A DNA stretch of 64,000 nt from Chara braunii (lineage: Eukaryota > Plantae > Charophyceae). Location of the stretch: positions 2,036,047 to 2,100,046 of the forward strand of contig BFEA01000021.1 of the NCBI GenBank assembly GCA_003427395.1, written 5' to 3'. Positions 49,810-62,128 of this stretch are shown here, piece by piece (position 1 is the first letter of the stretch; each line of letters begins with the position of its first letter). The notes under the pieces were generated by a model. It searched no databases. It was not told the origin of the DNA and saw only the letters and a list, made by a program, of their open reading frames with translations. The position numbers and the translations under genes were made by a program.

Positions 49810-50292
49810 CAAGAAGTGGTGGTGCATCACCCGCAACAGTTGCATCCGCTACAACAGACCGTGCAAAACGTGCAGCAACATGCGGTGCACGAAGTGGTGT
49901 TGCACCACCAGCAACAGCAGTTGCATCCGCTGCAATAGACCGTGCAAAACGTGCAGCAACATGCGGGGCACGAGCAGGTGCATGAAGTGGTGTTGCACCA
50001 CCAGCAACAACAGTTGCATCCGTTGCAACAGACCGTGCAAAACGTGCAGCAACATGCAGGGCACAAACAGGTGCAGCAACATGCGGGGCACGAACAGGTG
50101 CATGAAGTGGTGCTGCACCACCAGCAACACCAGTTGCATCCGTTGCAACAGACCATGCAAAATGTGCAGCAACATGCGGGGCACGAACAGGTGCACGAAG
50201 TGGTGTTGCACCACCAGCACCAACAGTTGCATCCGCTGCAATAGACCGTGCAAAACGTGCAGCAACATGCGGTGCACGAACAGGTGCAACAT
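49810..50292 (+). repeat. Coding minisatellite, ~4-5 units of 78-114 bp
   Basis: Encodes repeated EVVLHHQQQQLHPLQQTVQNVQQHAGHEQVH. Confidence 0.9.
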
Positions 50293-51916
50293 AGCTCAGA
50301 TTGTGCTGACCAGCTAGGCCTCCTTCTGCAAGCACAGCTGGCACAGTACCACCACCAGCAGCATCAACAAAGGGTCTTGCACCAGCAGCAAATATTGCAG
50401 CAGCTGCATCTGCAGTGGCAACAGCAGCTTTGCTGCCAACAAGAATATATCTTGCAGCAACAACAGCAGCAGCTACAACAATTTTGGCAGCATGAGATGG
50501 AAATGCAGAAACAACAACAACAGCAGAGCCACACACTGCAATGCCCCCAGATAGCGGCATAGGACCCCTCGCCTCACACTGTGGATGCACAAAACGTACA
50601 AGACATGGACACCTCGGCCCCAGACGAGGTGCCACAAACAACGCAATGTCATAGTCTGGAGGCGGGCTCAGGGGGAGAGGACACTGTGATGACCCAAGCA
50701 GTGGCTCCCTCACATCCGGATAGCCCACCTCGCCCCCCTCCTCCACTAGCACACGATCAGGAGGTCAAGCAAAAACTGGCTTTCCTCACTGAATGGACCC
50801 TGAATAAGATATTTTTCATGACAGAGGAGGGGTCACAGAGCAAACTCACCACCCGTCACTGGGCCCAGGCTAAGGAAGTCCTCATGTTCACCCCGCGGGT
50901 CTTGGCCACGGTTGAAAAGTACAGCAATGTGCAGGCTATAGATTGGATGGATGTGGGCGCTGCAATAGTCCTGGTGGTCAACGAATTCCTGAACAAAATA
51001 CAGCAGTATGCAGAGACTACATTCGGCCACAATCAGGAAATGCAAGGCTCAACCACTGTTGAGGCATTCTACCACGAAGGGTTGGCATGGCCCAAAACGC
51101 TGGTCCACGAGCTCAGTACTACCCTCCATGGCCCTGAGACCGCTGCACCCACCCAACTGGAACAACGACAGAGTCAGCGCCTTACATGGGAACCGCAACC
51201 GCAGGATGCTGGTCAACAAGCCACACAGTCTGGGGCCACCGAAGACCAATGATTCTTCACGACGACGAAGAAGACGGGTCATCCACCTCTGAGGATGATG
51301 AGCAAGATCAGCCTCCCAAAGGAATTTTGCGGGATCGGGTCAGACTGATAACCGACGGTACTTCCCCGAAACATATGTCACCGGGAGTGATCATACTACC
51401 GGTGGCCCGACAAAAGGAAGGACGTCAATGGTTGTTGGGTCTTAGACCCCCCCCCGACCGTCCCCAGCACCACCCCCCGGACCCGGATGGCCTCACGGTG
51501 GAGGGATGGAGAGGTCGCCCCTCTACAGCAGTAATCTTAAAACACCTCAAATATTGGCGCAGCGAGACGCAACTAGAAGAGGTCCAAGGCGCTGTGCTGC
51601 CACGCTCGTTGTCGTTGCCCGAGGGAATTATCCCGGTTATCGTCCTCATGAGTCCGAAGACTGCAAGCCCGAAGGCAAGGACATCACACACATGGTTCAC
51701 TCAACAACAAATAATGAACCTGCCAGCGGATCGATTTAGGACAAACTTCGCCTGGACCGCGACCAGGGTGCTATGGTTCATGCAAATCTTGATGGAGGAC
51801 AGTATACTGGATGAACATAACCAGTGGGATGACCCGCCTTTTGTTCTCCCAATTAAGACTGTAGATTGAATCGATTGCGGCGCATATACGCTAGAGATAA
51901 AAATACACACTCAACT

Positions 51917-52106
51917 ATGAATCCGCCCGGACAGACACCGGACCGCGCCGCTGCCATCACAAGCCACCAACCCTCGACAACCCACCGACCGTCTTGTCCA
52001 CCAGATAGGCCGCAGCACATTGCTGACCCGGCTGCTGCTTCGTCTACACACCCCATCGCCCGCCACTGCACTGCGACGCCTGACCTAGACCGCCCTCCCG
52101 GCCCGA

Positions 52107-52167
<61 letters not shown>

Positions 52168-55100
52168 TTCCCGGACCCCCCCCCCGCGATGGCCCCCCCC
52201 CCCCCCCCCCCCTCGTCCAATGCCCTCCGCCACCAGTGACGATCCCCCCTATTAGGAGGAAGCCCCATTGGCTGTCAAAGTTAGAAAAAGCAGATATTGA
52301 CATACGCTCGTTGAATGTCAACGGCCTTATCCAAGCAACGACACCTAAGAAGGACGCCATATGGGACATGCTCAGGTGCTCGGAAACTAGATCATGGCCG
52401 GATGCAATATGCATCCAAGAAACTCACCTGCAAGACACATCTCCGCACAATGCGAAGGCAAAAGCGATTTGGCCGTACACACTACACGAGGCGCCTGCAC
52501 GCGAAAGAGCGTCTGCAGGCGTCGCAATCTGGCTTCCGCCGTCCTCAAAATTGAAACCTCTGGAGGTCCAACATGACAAACTGCACGGCAAGTGGATTTG
52601 CCTGAAACTGCAATACGACGAAGAGGTTTCCTATCTGGCCAGCGTGTACGCACCCAATGATAGTGCCGCCAAGGTGGACTTCTGGCTCACCCTACATGAA
52701 GCTCTACCTGATGACGCCCCGCTTATTCTTGCAGGAGACTTCAATACCACACTGGACCCAGTGTTGGATAAAAGATCCACGAATGCACACCAGGACCATG
52801 CTTCCTCTTCAATGTTCGTGCAGCCCCCGGACATTTGCTTCCTCAAACAACTCATGGCAGACAGGCAGCTTGTGGACGCATACAGGCAGCTGCACCCTAC
52901 TCACAGAGCCTACACCTGCCTGTCGTCTAGAGGTGAGCAAGGCCTGACCCACTCACGAATCGATTTCACGCTGGTATCAAACGATATGATGGGTCTCGTC
53001 ACGACGGCGGAAATAACGACAATTAGCCCCTGTAAGTCGTTTGATCATAGGATGGTAACGCTGGGCCTGTCATTTCATAACCATATCCAGCGAGGGTCAG
53101 AGTTTTACAAGCTCAACGCCTCCTTGCTTCCCTTACCCAGTTTTAAAAAACTGGTCAATGAATTTTGGGAATATTGGCAGACTCAGAAACCCGCTTCAGG
53201 GGAGAGAGTGAGTTGGTTTAATAATGGAGTGGCGCAGCTAAGGGAGAGGTCTAAGAAATTCTCCATCCAGCATGCGAGAGACCACAAAGCTTGCCTCGAA
53301 AGCCTTATGAAAAAGCTGGAAGACTGGGATGACACACTCATGAACGACCCGCTGCACCGCCCCTCCTATGATAAGCTGCAAGAGGCCCGTGACCACCTCC
53401 AGGAGTATGTCGAACGGCAGGCGCAAGCATGGAGAATCCAGGCTAAAATAAAAAAACAGCACACAGATGGGACAATAGCCAAAACCTTTTTTGCAAAAGC
53501 CCGAGCGAGATCTAGAGCAGCCACAGTTCCCAGACTTAATCACCCGCTGGATGACAACGCCGAGCCAGCAACTAATGCATATGCAATCACGGACTATGCG
53601 GCGAGATATTATACTAACTTGTTCACTTCAGAGACGCCCTCCAAACCCCCAGACCAAGTACTTCAAGCGAGGCAATCGCTTCTTCAGGCTATCCAACCCT
53701 CCTTGTCACAGCAACAAAGAGCCACCTTGGACAAACCCATCTCCTCTCAGGAGGTCTGGGATGCCCTACAAGACATGGAAGATGAAAAGACTCCTGGAAT
53801 CGACTCCTTCCCTAAGGAGTTTTGGGTGCGATTCTGGGACCTCTTTAAGGACGATCTCATGGAATACATCGAGGCGGTGCAGAGAGAAGGCTCCTTTGGA
53901 GGGATGATTGGTCAAGGCGTGACTACTCCGTTATATAAGAAAGGTGATAAAGAGAATATACGAAACTATAGACCTATCACCCTTCTCCCGGTCCCCTATA
54001 AGATGGTGGCTAAAGTCCTGACTAACAGGTTGCTGCCGTTCATGAATGTGCTGGTTCACCCGGACCAGACAGGATTCATGCCCAATAGAAATATACAGGA
54101 TAACATCCTGCTGGTCAACGAGACCATAAAATATGCCCGACAGCGAAAAGTCCAAGCCGCGATCCTTTTCATTGACTTCGAAAAAGCATACGATCATGTG
54201 GATTGAGACTTTCTCGACGTGTGTTTGCTTAAAATCAACTTCGGCCCGGGCTTCTGCCAATGGGTGCACCTTCTGCATAGGTCGGCCACAACTAACGTGA
54301 TGCTGAATGACCACCTCTCACCGCCGATTCGCCTCCAACGATCGGTGCGCCAAGGAGACCCGATTGCCCCGCTGCTGTTCGTGGTTGTTACGGAGGCCCT
54401 CGCATCGATGATAAGAGCCCACCCCGGCATCAGCAGAGTGCCTTTCCCGGACATCCCGCAACATCTCATTCCAGTCACATAGCTCTTTGCAGACGATTTG
54501 ACCGTGCTAATACGCGCCGACCCGGAGAGCGTTCAGGCCCTCACCCATGTTGTCCAACTATTCTCGCTTGCAGCAGACATGAAGGTCAACTGGGGTTCCA
54601 AAACTGAGGGGTGGTGGCTCCACCCTCAAGGGCAATCACCCCCGCCTGAGCCGACTGTAGCATGGGCCCGAAAAGACGACGCCATCAGGATACTGGGGGT
54701 CCGATTGACTGCGGAGGGCCCGCCCCCGGACCATGGGGACAGGTTGGTCAATATGGTCGTGGACCGCCTGGCCACCTAGGAGGGCCTCCACACATCGCTG
54801 GTAGGACGCGCTCTAGCAATTAATAGTGCCATCCTTGCGGCCATCTAGTATAAACTCGCAGTTTGGTCGCTGACAAAACAGCAGTACACTAGATTGAAGA
54901 GGGCCCTAACAACATACCTTTGGAAAAACAGCGCTAAGGCTCAGGGCTGTATCAACAGGGTGAACTGGGACGTCCTTACACAGCCCAGGTCTAAAGGGGG
55001 GCTCGGTATCCTGGATCCGGAAAGATAAGTGGATGCACTCTTCTTCAAAGTCCTCATCCGTCTGCTTATGGGAAATGATATCCCCTGGGTGCCGCTTGCC

Positions 55101-56887
55101 TGCTGCAACTGGCCAACTTGGCCCCTCAAACTGATGTACCGGGGAAGGTCCATCCGCTCCAATGGCTGACAAACAATTGCTGGACTGTCCCATCGCCCCC
55201 CAAACAAACGCAGCTCCCACACGAGCCTGACCTTGCACATGCAACAAAGCAGGATATCAAGGCAGATCCGCTCTGGCCCTTCATGATCAAACTTTGGAGA
55301 CGCAGGGGCCCCCGACGAAAACGTCCTCCAAACAGGTGGCATGACATATGGAGGCAACCCCTCTTCGGAAACCCACACGTCCTACAAGAATCGGGTCAAC
55401 CTTTCTCCCTAGCGACTAACTCCCCTTGGCTCACTTGGGTTAAAAAGGGGATATTCACGGTTGGGGACCTGTGGGACCCCGTGGTGGGGGAGTGGGCAAC
55501 GCCGACCCAGCTACGGCATAAACTTAAACATGTTAAAAATGTGGAAGAGAAGGGTAACCTGCTAAAAGAAGCCCTCCCCATTGCTTGGCGCCTCGCCTTG
55601 AAGGAAGGACCGACAGTCCGGCGCGATGACTGGGTGGTGAGATATTCGGACTCCCCAACCCCCCTGCTGGTGTTTCACGTCAAAGACAACAAGCAGGGCA
55701 CCTGTGAACTGGAAGCATATGAACCCCAACTCCCCGGAGCAAGGTTCACCAGACTGCTGAGAAATGAGGGTCTGGATACCACTGCCGCATGGGGGGGACT
55801 GATGCAAGTGAGGGTGGTGGGGGACTGGGAGAACGGATATTATGCATATGAGACCACTGTTCCCATTGCCAAGCTCCCGTTCGACCTGGCGGAATGGGAG
55901 TGGCCCGGCACCAAACCAATGAATATCTGGGACTACATAGTAAAAGGAGGATACCGCACATCGCGACAAGCACTGACGGTCACCCAAACAATGGCAAACA
56001 GATGGGTGTGGGACTCACCACTGGACCGGAAATTATCACAATCTTTCGACTGGTCCACATACGCAAGGATCATGCCCACAAACCACAGAGCGTTGCAGTG
56101 GCAGATCCTGCACCGCTGCCTTCCCACTCCGGACTGGTTGGTATCGAGGACTACCCTCAAACAGCAGGGAAAGCTCTCCCCCATATGCGCATGTTGTGCC
56201 CATATGCCGGCCAGGGCAACCCTCGAACATTGTCTCCTGGTGTGTTCGATGGTCACCCAGCTATGGCAATGGTGGGATGCGGCCTTCCACTCTCTTGCCG
56301 GTCACCACATTCCCTGGGATATCGGCCTCCTCCTGCTTGGAAAGAATCGCCACCTGCTGGATAATTGGTCACTATTTGCAACCAACCTCTTTTCGTACAC
56401 GAGGCTGCACCTNCTGATGCAGGCCTGGAGGGCCAGATGCTCATTTGAGAGAAAGGACCACCAATTCGGCCTGATGCAGGCGCAAGAAGCAGTGGAGGAT
56501 CTGATTAGATCCCAAACCCGGGAAGCATGGAAAGCGATGAAGCGTGATCTCTCGGAGGAGAACGACCCCCTCACTAGGGAAACAATCCGTGATTCATATA
56601 TGCAATCCTGGCAAGACCCTGCCAAACTGTTCTCAGAACTAGATGGCGAACTCGACATCAAATGGAAACCATGGAGGACAACGGAGCCCCAATGGCAAAG
56701 GAAACCCTTCGCTGACTTCTGGGTCCCGTACCTACAACCCAACTTTGTGCTGCTCCCCACTCCAGTCCTGCCCGTCTCTTCGCCCCGCCCCACCTCCCCC
56801 TCCCCCCCTAGCCCTGCTGGGCCCGTTGGGTCTGCTGCACCCGCTCCCCACAGCACCCCCTATCCTGGCACTTGCCCTGCCGACTGA
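51917..56887 (+). pseudogene. LINE C ORF2 (Pro-rich leader, APE, RT, zinc finger) with nonsense lesions
   Basis: SLNVNG, IQETH, AGDFN, SRIDF, FDH, KTPGID, RNYRPITLL, DFEKAYD, RQGDP, LFADD, CACC..HCLLVC. Confidence 0.95.
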
Positions 56888-57959
56888 AGCATGATTCATG
56901 AGGGGCTGCTGGATTGCTGGATAGTCTGGCAACGGAAGGAGAGGACAACAAGAAACACGACAACGGCGGAGACACAACTTCGACAGGGACACTATGGCTA
57001 TACGGAGAGATACAGGCATTGCGCTTGGGGAGGGACTGTCAGCACAGCTTTCTGACACACACAGCTTTCGCAGGGTATAGGGTATTGGGTTCTGAGGGTG
57101 TTTGGGCCTTGAGGGTGACTAGTGCAGAGTTGCACAGATAAGCTATCTCTTGGCATACGCGGCCAGCAGCACTTGTCACAAGGTCTACATGGAACTGCGG
57201 GCCGACCATGCTTTTTTTAGGGATCGGACAGCATAAATAGGCAGTATAAAATAATAAGATGAACTGTGGATAGTCTACTGGCACAATGGGGGGCTGCAGA
57301 ATAAGGCTGCCTAAATGAGAAAGGGGCACTCCATTTTGGGATTGGGAAGATTGGCAGCCCCATGGGAGGGAGGGGCCCGGGAGGCAAAGATATAGGCATA
57401 GCCTGCGCCGAAATGACTTCGATGTTTCGTTTTCAATGTTGTATTTAAGGGACGCTGGACCCCGTTTCCAGCAGGTGCCNCTCCCCACCAATAGATGGAG
57501 CAGCCCGGCAGATAAGACCTCGATTCTGGTGGTTCTCTTACCACCACCGGAATGGAGGGCTTACACATGGGCTCTTAACTCAAAAAAAAAAAAAAAAAAA
57601 AAAAAAAGGATAGCCGGCATGCTACTGGGGTTAGTGCTCTGAGCAATTGCTCATCTAGCTAGGCTGCTTTTCCTTTTCCTTGTTTTGTTTTTCTTTTTGT
57701 TTTGACTAACCACCCAAGACAGGTCTTTTTGCTGTCGTAGGGATGGGTTTGGCCGGGAGTGCCACGCCCAGCCGAACAGACCATGGCATAAATGTAAGGG
57801 ACGCCGGACCGGTTTCCGGCAGAATGGGATGGTAAAAGTCAATTCATAGTAATAAAAAAAAAAGGTTAGCAGTTACCCATAATTTTCCTAATTTTCCCAG
57901 AACCTTTTTCATAGTTCTCAGATTGTTCTTAGCCGAAGCCAGGTAATGACCCTGGTATT

Positions 57960-58065
57960 TCAAATCATTTGTATAATTCTATATGGGACGCTGGGCCCGG
58001 TTCCCAGCACGTGTTGCTCCCCACGAATAGACTGGAGCATTTGTCCAAAAAAAAACAAAAAAAAG
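57960..58065 (+). mobile_element. Short LINE 3'-tail fragment with double motif and A-rich tail
   Basis: GGGACGCTGGGCCCGGTTCCCAGCACGTGTTGCTCCCCACGAATAGACTGGAGC followed by A runs. Confidence 0.65.
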
Positions 58066-58119
58066 GCCAACTACGGTGACCCTTCGAGCGAGCGATGATC
58101 AGTCATAAGTTGTTGCTTA

Positions 58120-58639
58120 GGGCCTCGTTCCGCTACTCGCCATCCGCCACTATTCGTGGTGAGGAATGGAGAGTGGTATTTTCCTAATTTTGTGGCGGAA
58201 AACGGCACTTTGTTCCATTTCGTGGCCCACGCCACACACATTGTGATGTCTTTCCCGGCCTGAGTACTGGTTTGCGGCGGAGGGGGGGATGATGGAACAG
58301 TGGCATTATTTCGCCACTAGACAGGGTTCCAAGGGCACGGGACCACAAAATCACTCCATGCGTGGCGATACCTCGCCAACGCTACGGGATAGGTGCGACT
58401 GACTGTCAAGGCCGCGGTGTCAGTAAGAATTGCCACACGATGCCTCTCGTGGAGGCTGCCTCCTACCGCCCTCCACAACATGCAGTAACAGGCAGGGAAA
58501 ACGAGGCTCCGTGGCGACCGACTGCCAACCCAATTTTTCTACAATTTCTGACAACGGTCGTTTTCTGGTGATCGGTGAGGCAGTGGAATGAGCGCGTCGC
58601 GGCCACCCGTGGCGGATGGTGAGTAGTGGAACGAGGCCT
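58120..58639. mobile_element. Tourist/Harbinger MITE, 520 bp
   Basis: 31-bp TIR GGGCCTCGTTCCGCTACTCGCCATCCGCCAC; TTA TSD at 58117-58119 and 58640-58642. Confidence 0.9.
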
Positions 58640-58740
58640 TTAGTCTTCCCCGCCTGCTACTTCTTGGGAGAACCCAGCAAATGCTTGCGGTTTATCTTTC
58701 CATGGCCGGCTGTAAGATTCAGCCTAAAGTTTTTTAACAC

Positions 58741-61700
58741 TTTTTTTTTTTTTTTTTTTTTAAACAGGCAGCCTAATGTCGTATGATCCAGGCACTTCGG
58801 CCTGGTTCATACGACGACTGCTTTTGAATTATAAAAGCCGGAAACCAGGTCCGGCATCCCTCACATCATCGAAAAGGCTCAACAAAAACTGCGGTCTGAT
58901 TCATATGAAGACTGCTTTAGAACTATAAAAGCCGAAAAATGGGTCCGGCATCCCTTACATCACACCCAGGCACATGTCCTGTTCCATTTACCCTAATCTA
59001 ATGTGGGAATTATCCCTAATCTATCAGTATTCAATCCTACATCCCTCACAAAGGCCGACCATTAACCCTGGTCACAGTCAGCAGTGAAAACTGAAAACTC
59101 AAAAAATCAGCAAACTCAACACAAAAACATAGACAAATGCAATGTCCCTAAGTCGTACTAAGACTCACATATGCAGACTCAGTGACCTAGGGAATAAAAC
59201 ATAGAAGAAGGCATAAAACCAGCAAGCGGAAGTTAGTACAAAAAGGCAGCAACTGACCATGGTCTTAATCAGTACAAAAAGGCAGCAACTGACCATGGTT
59301 TTCATAGGAAGAAGGTAGAGAATTTCAGGTCCGGGTACAGTGGGGGTTGCTGTTGGACCGTCAGCAGTCCTGTGAAGGCCTGCCATTTGGTAACAAATCG
59401 CTTTGTCGCTTCAGCTGTGAAACCTTTGTTTTGTACTTTGCTAGTCCAGTCAGTGTGGATTGCCTGCTTGATCGAAAACTTTATTTCCGCCCGAACCACT
59501 GGGGCCGTGATTCTCTCTCCCCTTCTGGTTGCTGAATTCCGAAGTGTCCATAATGTCCAGAGAATGGAGGCTCTCAAAGTTTCTTCTGCATAACCAAGCT
59601 GTCCCGGTACTTGCGTACGTCTCGATGCTGACCCTAGCAGCACAAAATCATCAGTCCATCTTTCAGCTGTTGCCGGCACCGGCACTGATGAACTTCTACA
59701 CCATGCCCACAAAGGGTGGGCCAAGTCACAAAACAAACAGAAGTGTTGCAGGTCTTCCAATATCAATCCCGGGCATAGCTCACAGCGAGGCGAGGCCTTG
59801 TGCGTTCTTCTGGCACACCACATCGCTGTGGGAAGGGCTTGATGAGCAATCAACCAGAGGAGTCCTGAATGCTTCACCACTGACAAGTCCATTAACAGTT
59901 TCCAAAAAGCTGGCAATGCAGCTGCTAAACGCGGCAAAGAATCCATTATCCAGTTTGTGGCCATCCATCTCCTGGCCACAATCCAGTTTACATCCAGTTT
60001 TGGCCTAGCAATTTGATACCCTATTCTAACTGTGTAATCATACAGCGGTGCATAAGCTCGTCTTTTGAGTGGGTGATCCCATTCCCAATTTCTTGGGTCT
60101 ACTGGCAAGCTATAGGCCGGTACCGACACGAAGTAGGGACGACATTTGTCATTGGTTTCCAGCACACACACAGGAATCAACTGGTCTAGTGAGGGAAAGG
60201 CTCTGTCGGGGCAGTGTCGTTGCATCACCGGGCCCAGAGCGGTGGCTGCATTCTCGGGTTGCCAGGCGGAAGCATCGATGACCTGCGCAGGTGAGATAGA
60301 ATCCACCCTCCAGATGCAGTCAGAAATATCATTTTCTGCACATCTATACCACATCCCTGTTGCAGGCTGTATTCCCAGCCGCAATATATCAACCCATTCC
60401 TGGGGGATCGCGTGTTGGAGCATCTGTAAGTGTTGTTGCTGGCTCCAGAGTCCCGTAAGTTTGGCACTGAGTTGCTCTTGTGGTTTCCAGTCTTTTTTTT
60501 TTTTTTTTTTTGGAAGAAACAACCCGAGTGAATGCTAGGGGTGCTCACAAGTGGTTAACGGGGACCCCCACTGCCTGAAAATGCACTTTTGAGTTGCTGT
60601 TTTATGTGTTTTTATTTTTTTATTTTTGGTATTTTTTTTATAATGTGTTAGTAAGAAGTGCACTCTATAGATTGGTGTGAAGTTTGCTTGGGATGGCCTT
60701 ATGTTTTTCTTATAAATTGAGGTGAAAAATGGGGGGTCGGTTAACCTTTTCTCGGGGTGCTGATAAGAGCAGACACCACTAGCATGGTTGGGGAGGCTCC
60801 ATCTATTGGTGGGGAGCAGCACCTGCTGGAAAACGGGTCCAGCATCCCTTGACATGTAAAATGATTGTTATAGGAACATTTCAAACTCATGTAGGCCTGC
60901 CACGTGTCGGTCATCTGAGCGGTCATTGAAATCGACACGCAAGCATGGCAGGCAACTGATGAGCAGCATTGATTGCCCTCACCTGAGGGGATTAACTGCC
61001 CATCGTAATCCAAAGTTATATCCAAAATCATGCCCATACTCTGAGCTCCTCATCGTCTACCATATAAATCCTTATCGTGCCATGAGGAGGAGGGGCAATC
61101 AACAGTAGGGAGAGTAGAAAACCAATTGATACAATCCAAAATCTTATCCCTACTCTAAGCTCCTCATCATCTACCACATAAAACCTCACCGCGCCATGAG
61201 GAGGAGAGGCAATCAGCAGCAGGGAGAATAGAAGATCAATTGATACAATCACCCTTCGAAACGCAAGATCTATGCCTACCCTAAAAAGCTTATGAAGCAA
61301 GAGGAGGGGTAATCAGAGAAGGCAAGGATACATGTGGATTCTTCATCGAAAGGTGGGTGGAGAAATCCTAGCAAAACAGCCACGTGGCAGAACACAACAA
61401 GTCGCATAGGCCGCCCTGATGCCTATTCCCGATGGCAATTCCACACTGCGCTATCTGCCTAGCCACATGGCGAAATCCTATATCCTAAAGAGCCGCACAA
61501 GGTTGAGGTCGCCATATCAGTTTACCAAATCCACATGGCAGATCGAGAAGCCAAATCTGAGCAGTCACCACGTAATCCAGAAAGAGCACGCTAGAACCAA
61601 CCACTCACTTGCTACCCTATGCGACCGTCCCTAACCCACCCCTTCGCGCCCCCATCCAACTTCCAATGTTCCCACACAGTCCTCCCGTTTACCAAACCTT

Positions 61701-62073
61701 CCAATCATCCACCCAACTCACCCACACCCCTGATCCACCCCCAAAAAACACCAGCAAAAAATGAACAGGGGAGAGTGGGAAAAAGGGGGAAGAGACTGCC
61801 CATTCTCACTTGTGATTCCGTTATCACCGGCTGTATTGTCGTTATTAAATCTGGTGTCGCAATCACTGTGATCCCCAGTCATGTTGTCGCCGGGTGACTC
61901 GTTGTTGTCGTCGTTGTTGTTGAGATCAACGTCGTTTTCTGGCGCGCAGCAGTTCAAAATCGGTCCTCCCGTTCCACCGTCAGGCACAGTGCAGTTACTG
62001 CCGTCGTTTTTGCTTTTTACGCCCTGCGCCACAGACAACATAAGTTCATCGTCGATATTCCCGTTGTGGTCGC

Positions 62074-62128
<55 letters not shown>

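Larger units (their letters stand above)
47001..51869 (+). pseudogene. LINE C ORF1 remnant: Gln/His-rich repeats, helical domain, Nudix-like domain
   Basis: Consecutive ORFs broken by CAG>TAG stops and frameshifts; blocks homologous to LINE A ORF1. Confidence 0.75.
47001..57607 (+). mobile_element. LINE C: L1/Tx1-like element related to LINE A, 5'-truncated at the ORF1 knuckle
   Basis: Begins ..IEKDNECP..KWYP..GWMF..GQWIWQG; ORF2; poly(A) 57582-57607; no clear TSD. Confidence 0.88.
43325..57862 (+). mobile_element. LINE F: 5'-truncated copy (ORF2 C-terminus and 3' UTR) interrupted by a solo LTR and LINE C
   Basis: 13-bp TSD AGGTTAGCAGTTA at 43312-43324 and 57863-57875; coding 43325-43650 joins 46295-46826 (..HASLL/WLLMHLALP..); homologous to LINE D. 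Confidence 0.88.

Noticed and set aside
49433-50752. Antisense Ala/Val-rich and Cys-rich ORFs
   Set aside because: Shadow frames of the Gln/His coding minisatellite
52108-52212. Poly-C tract / poly-Pro, potential G-quadruplex or frameshift site
   Set aside because: Homopolymer length is unreliable in this assembly; no functional claim can be supported
57449-57501. HDV-like or twister ribozyme reading of the 3' motif
   Set aside because: No 7-bp P1 partner, P1.1/J4-2 arrangement or twister consensus residues found; simple H-type pseudoknots fit better
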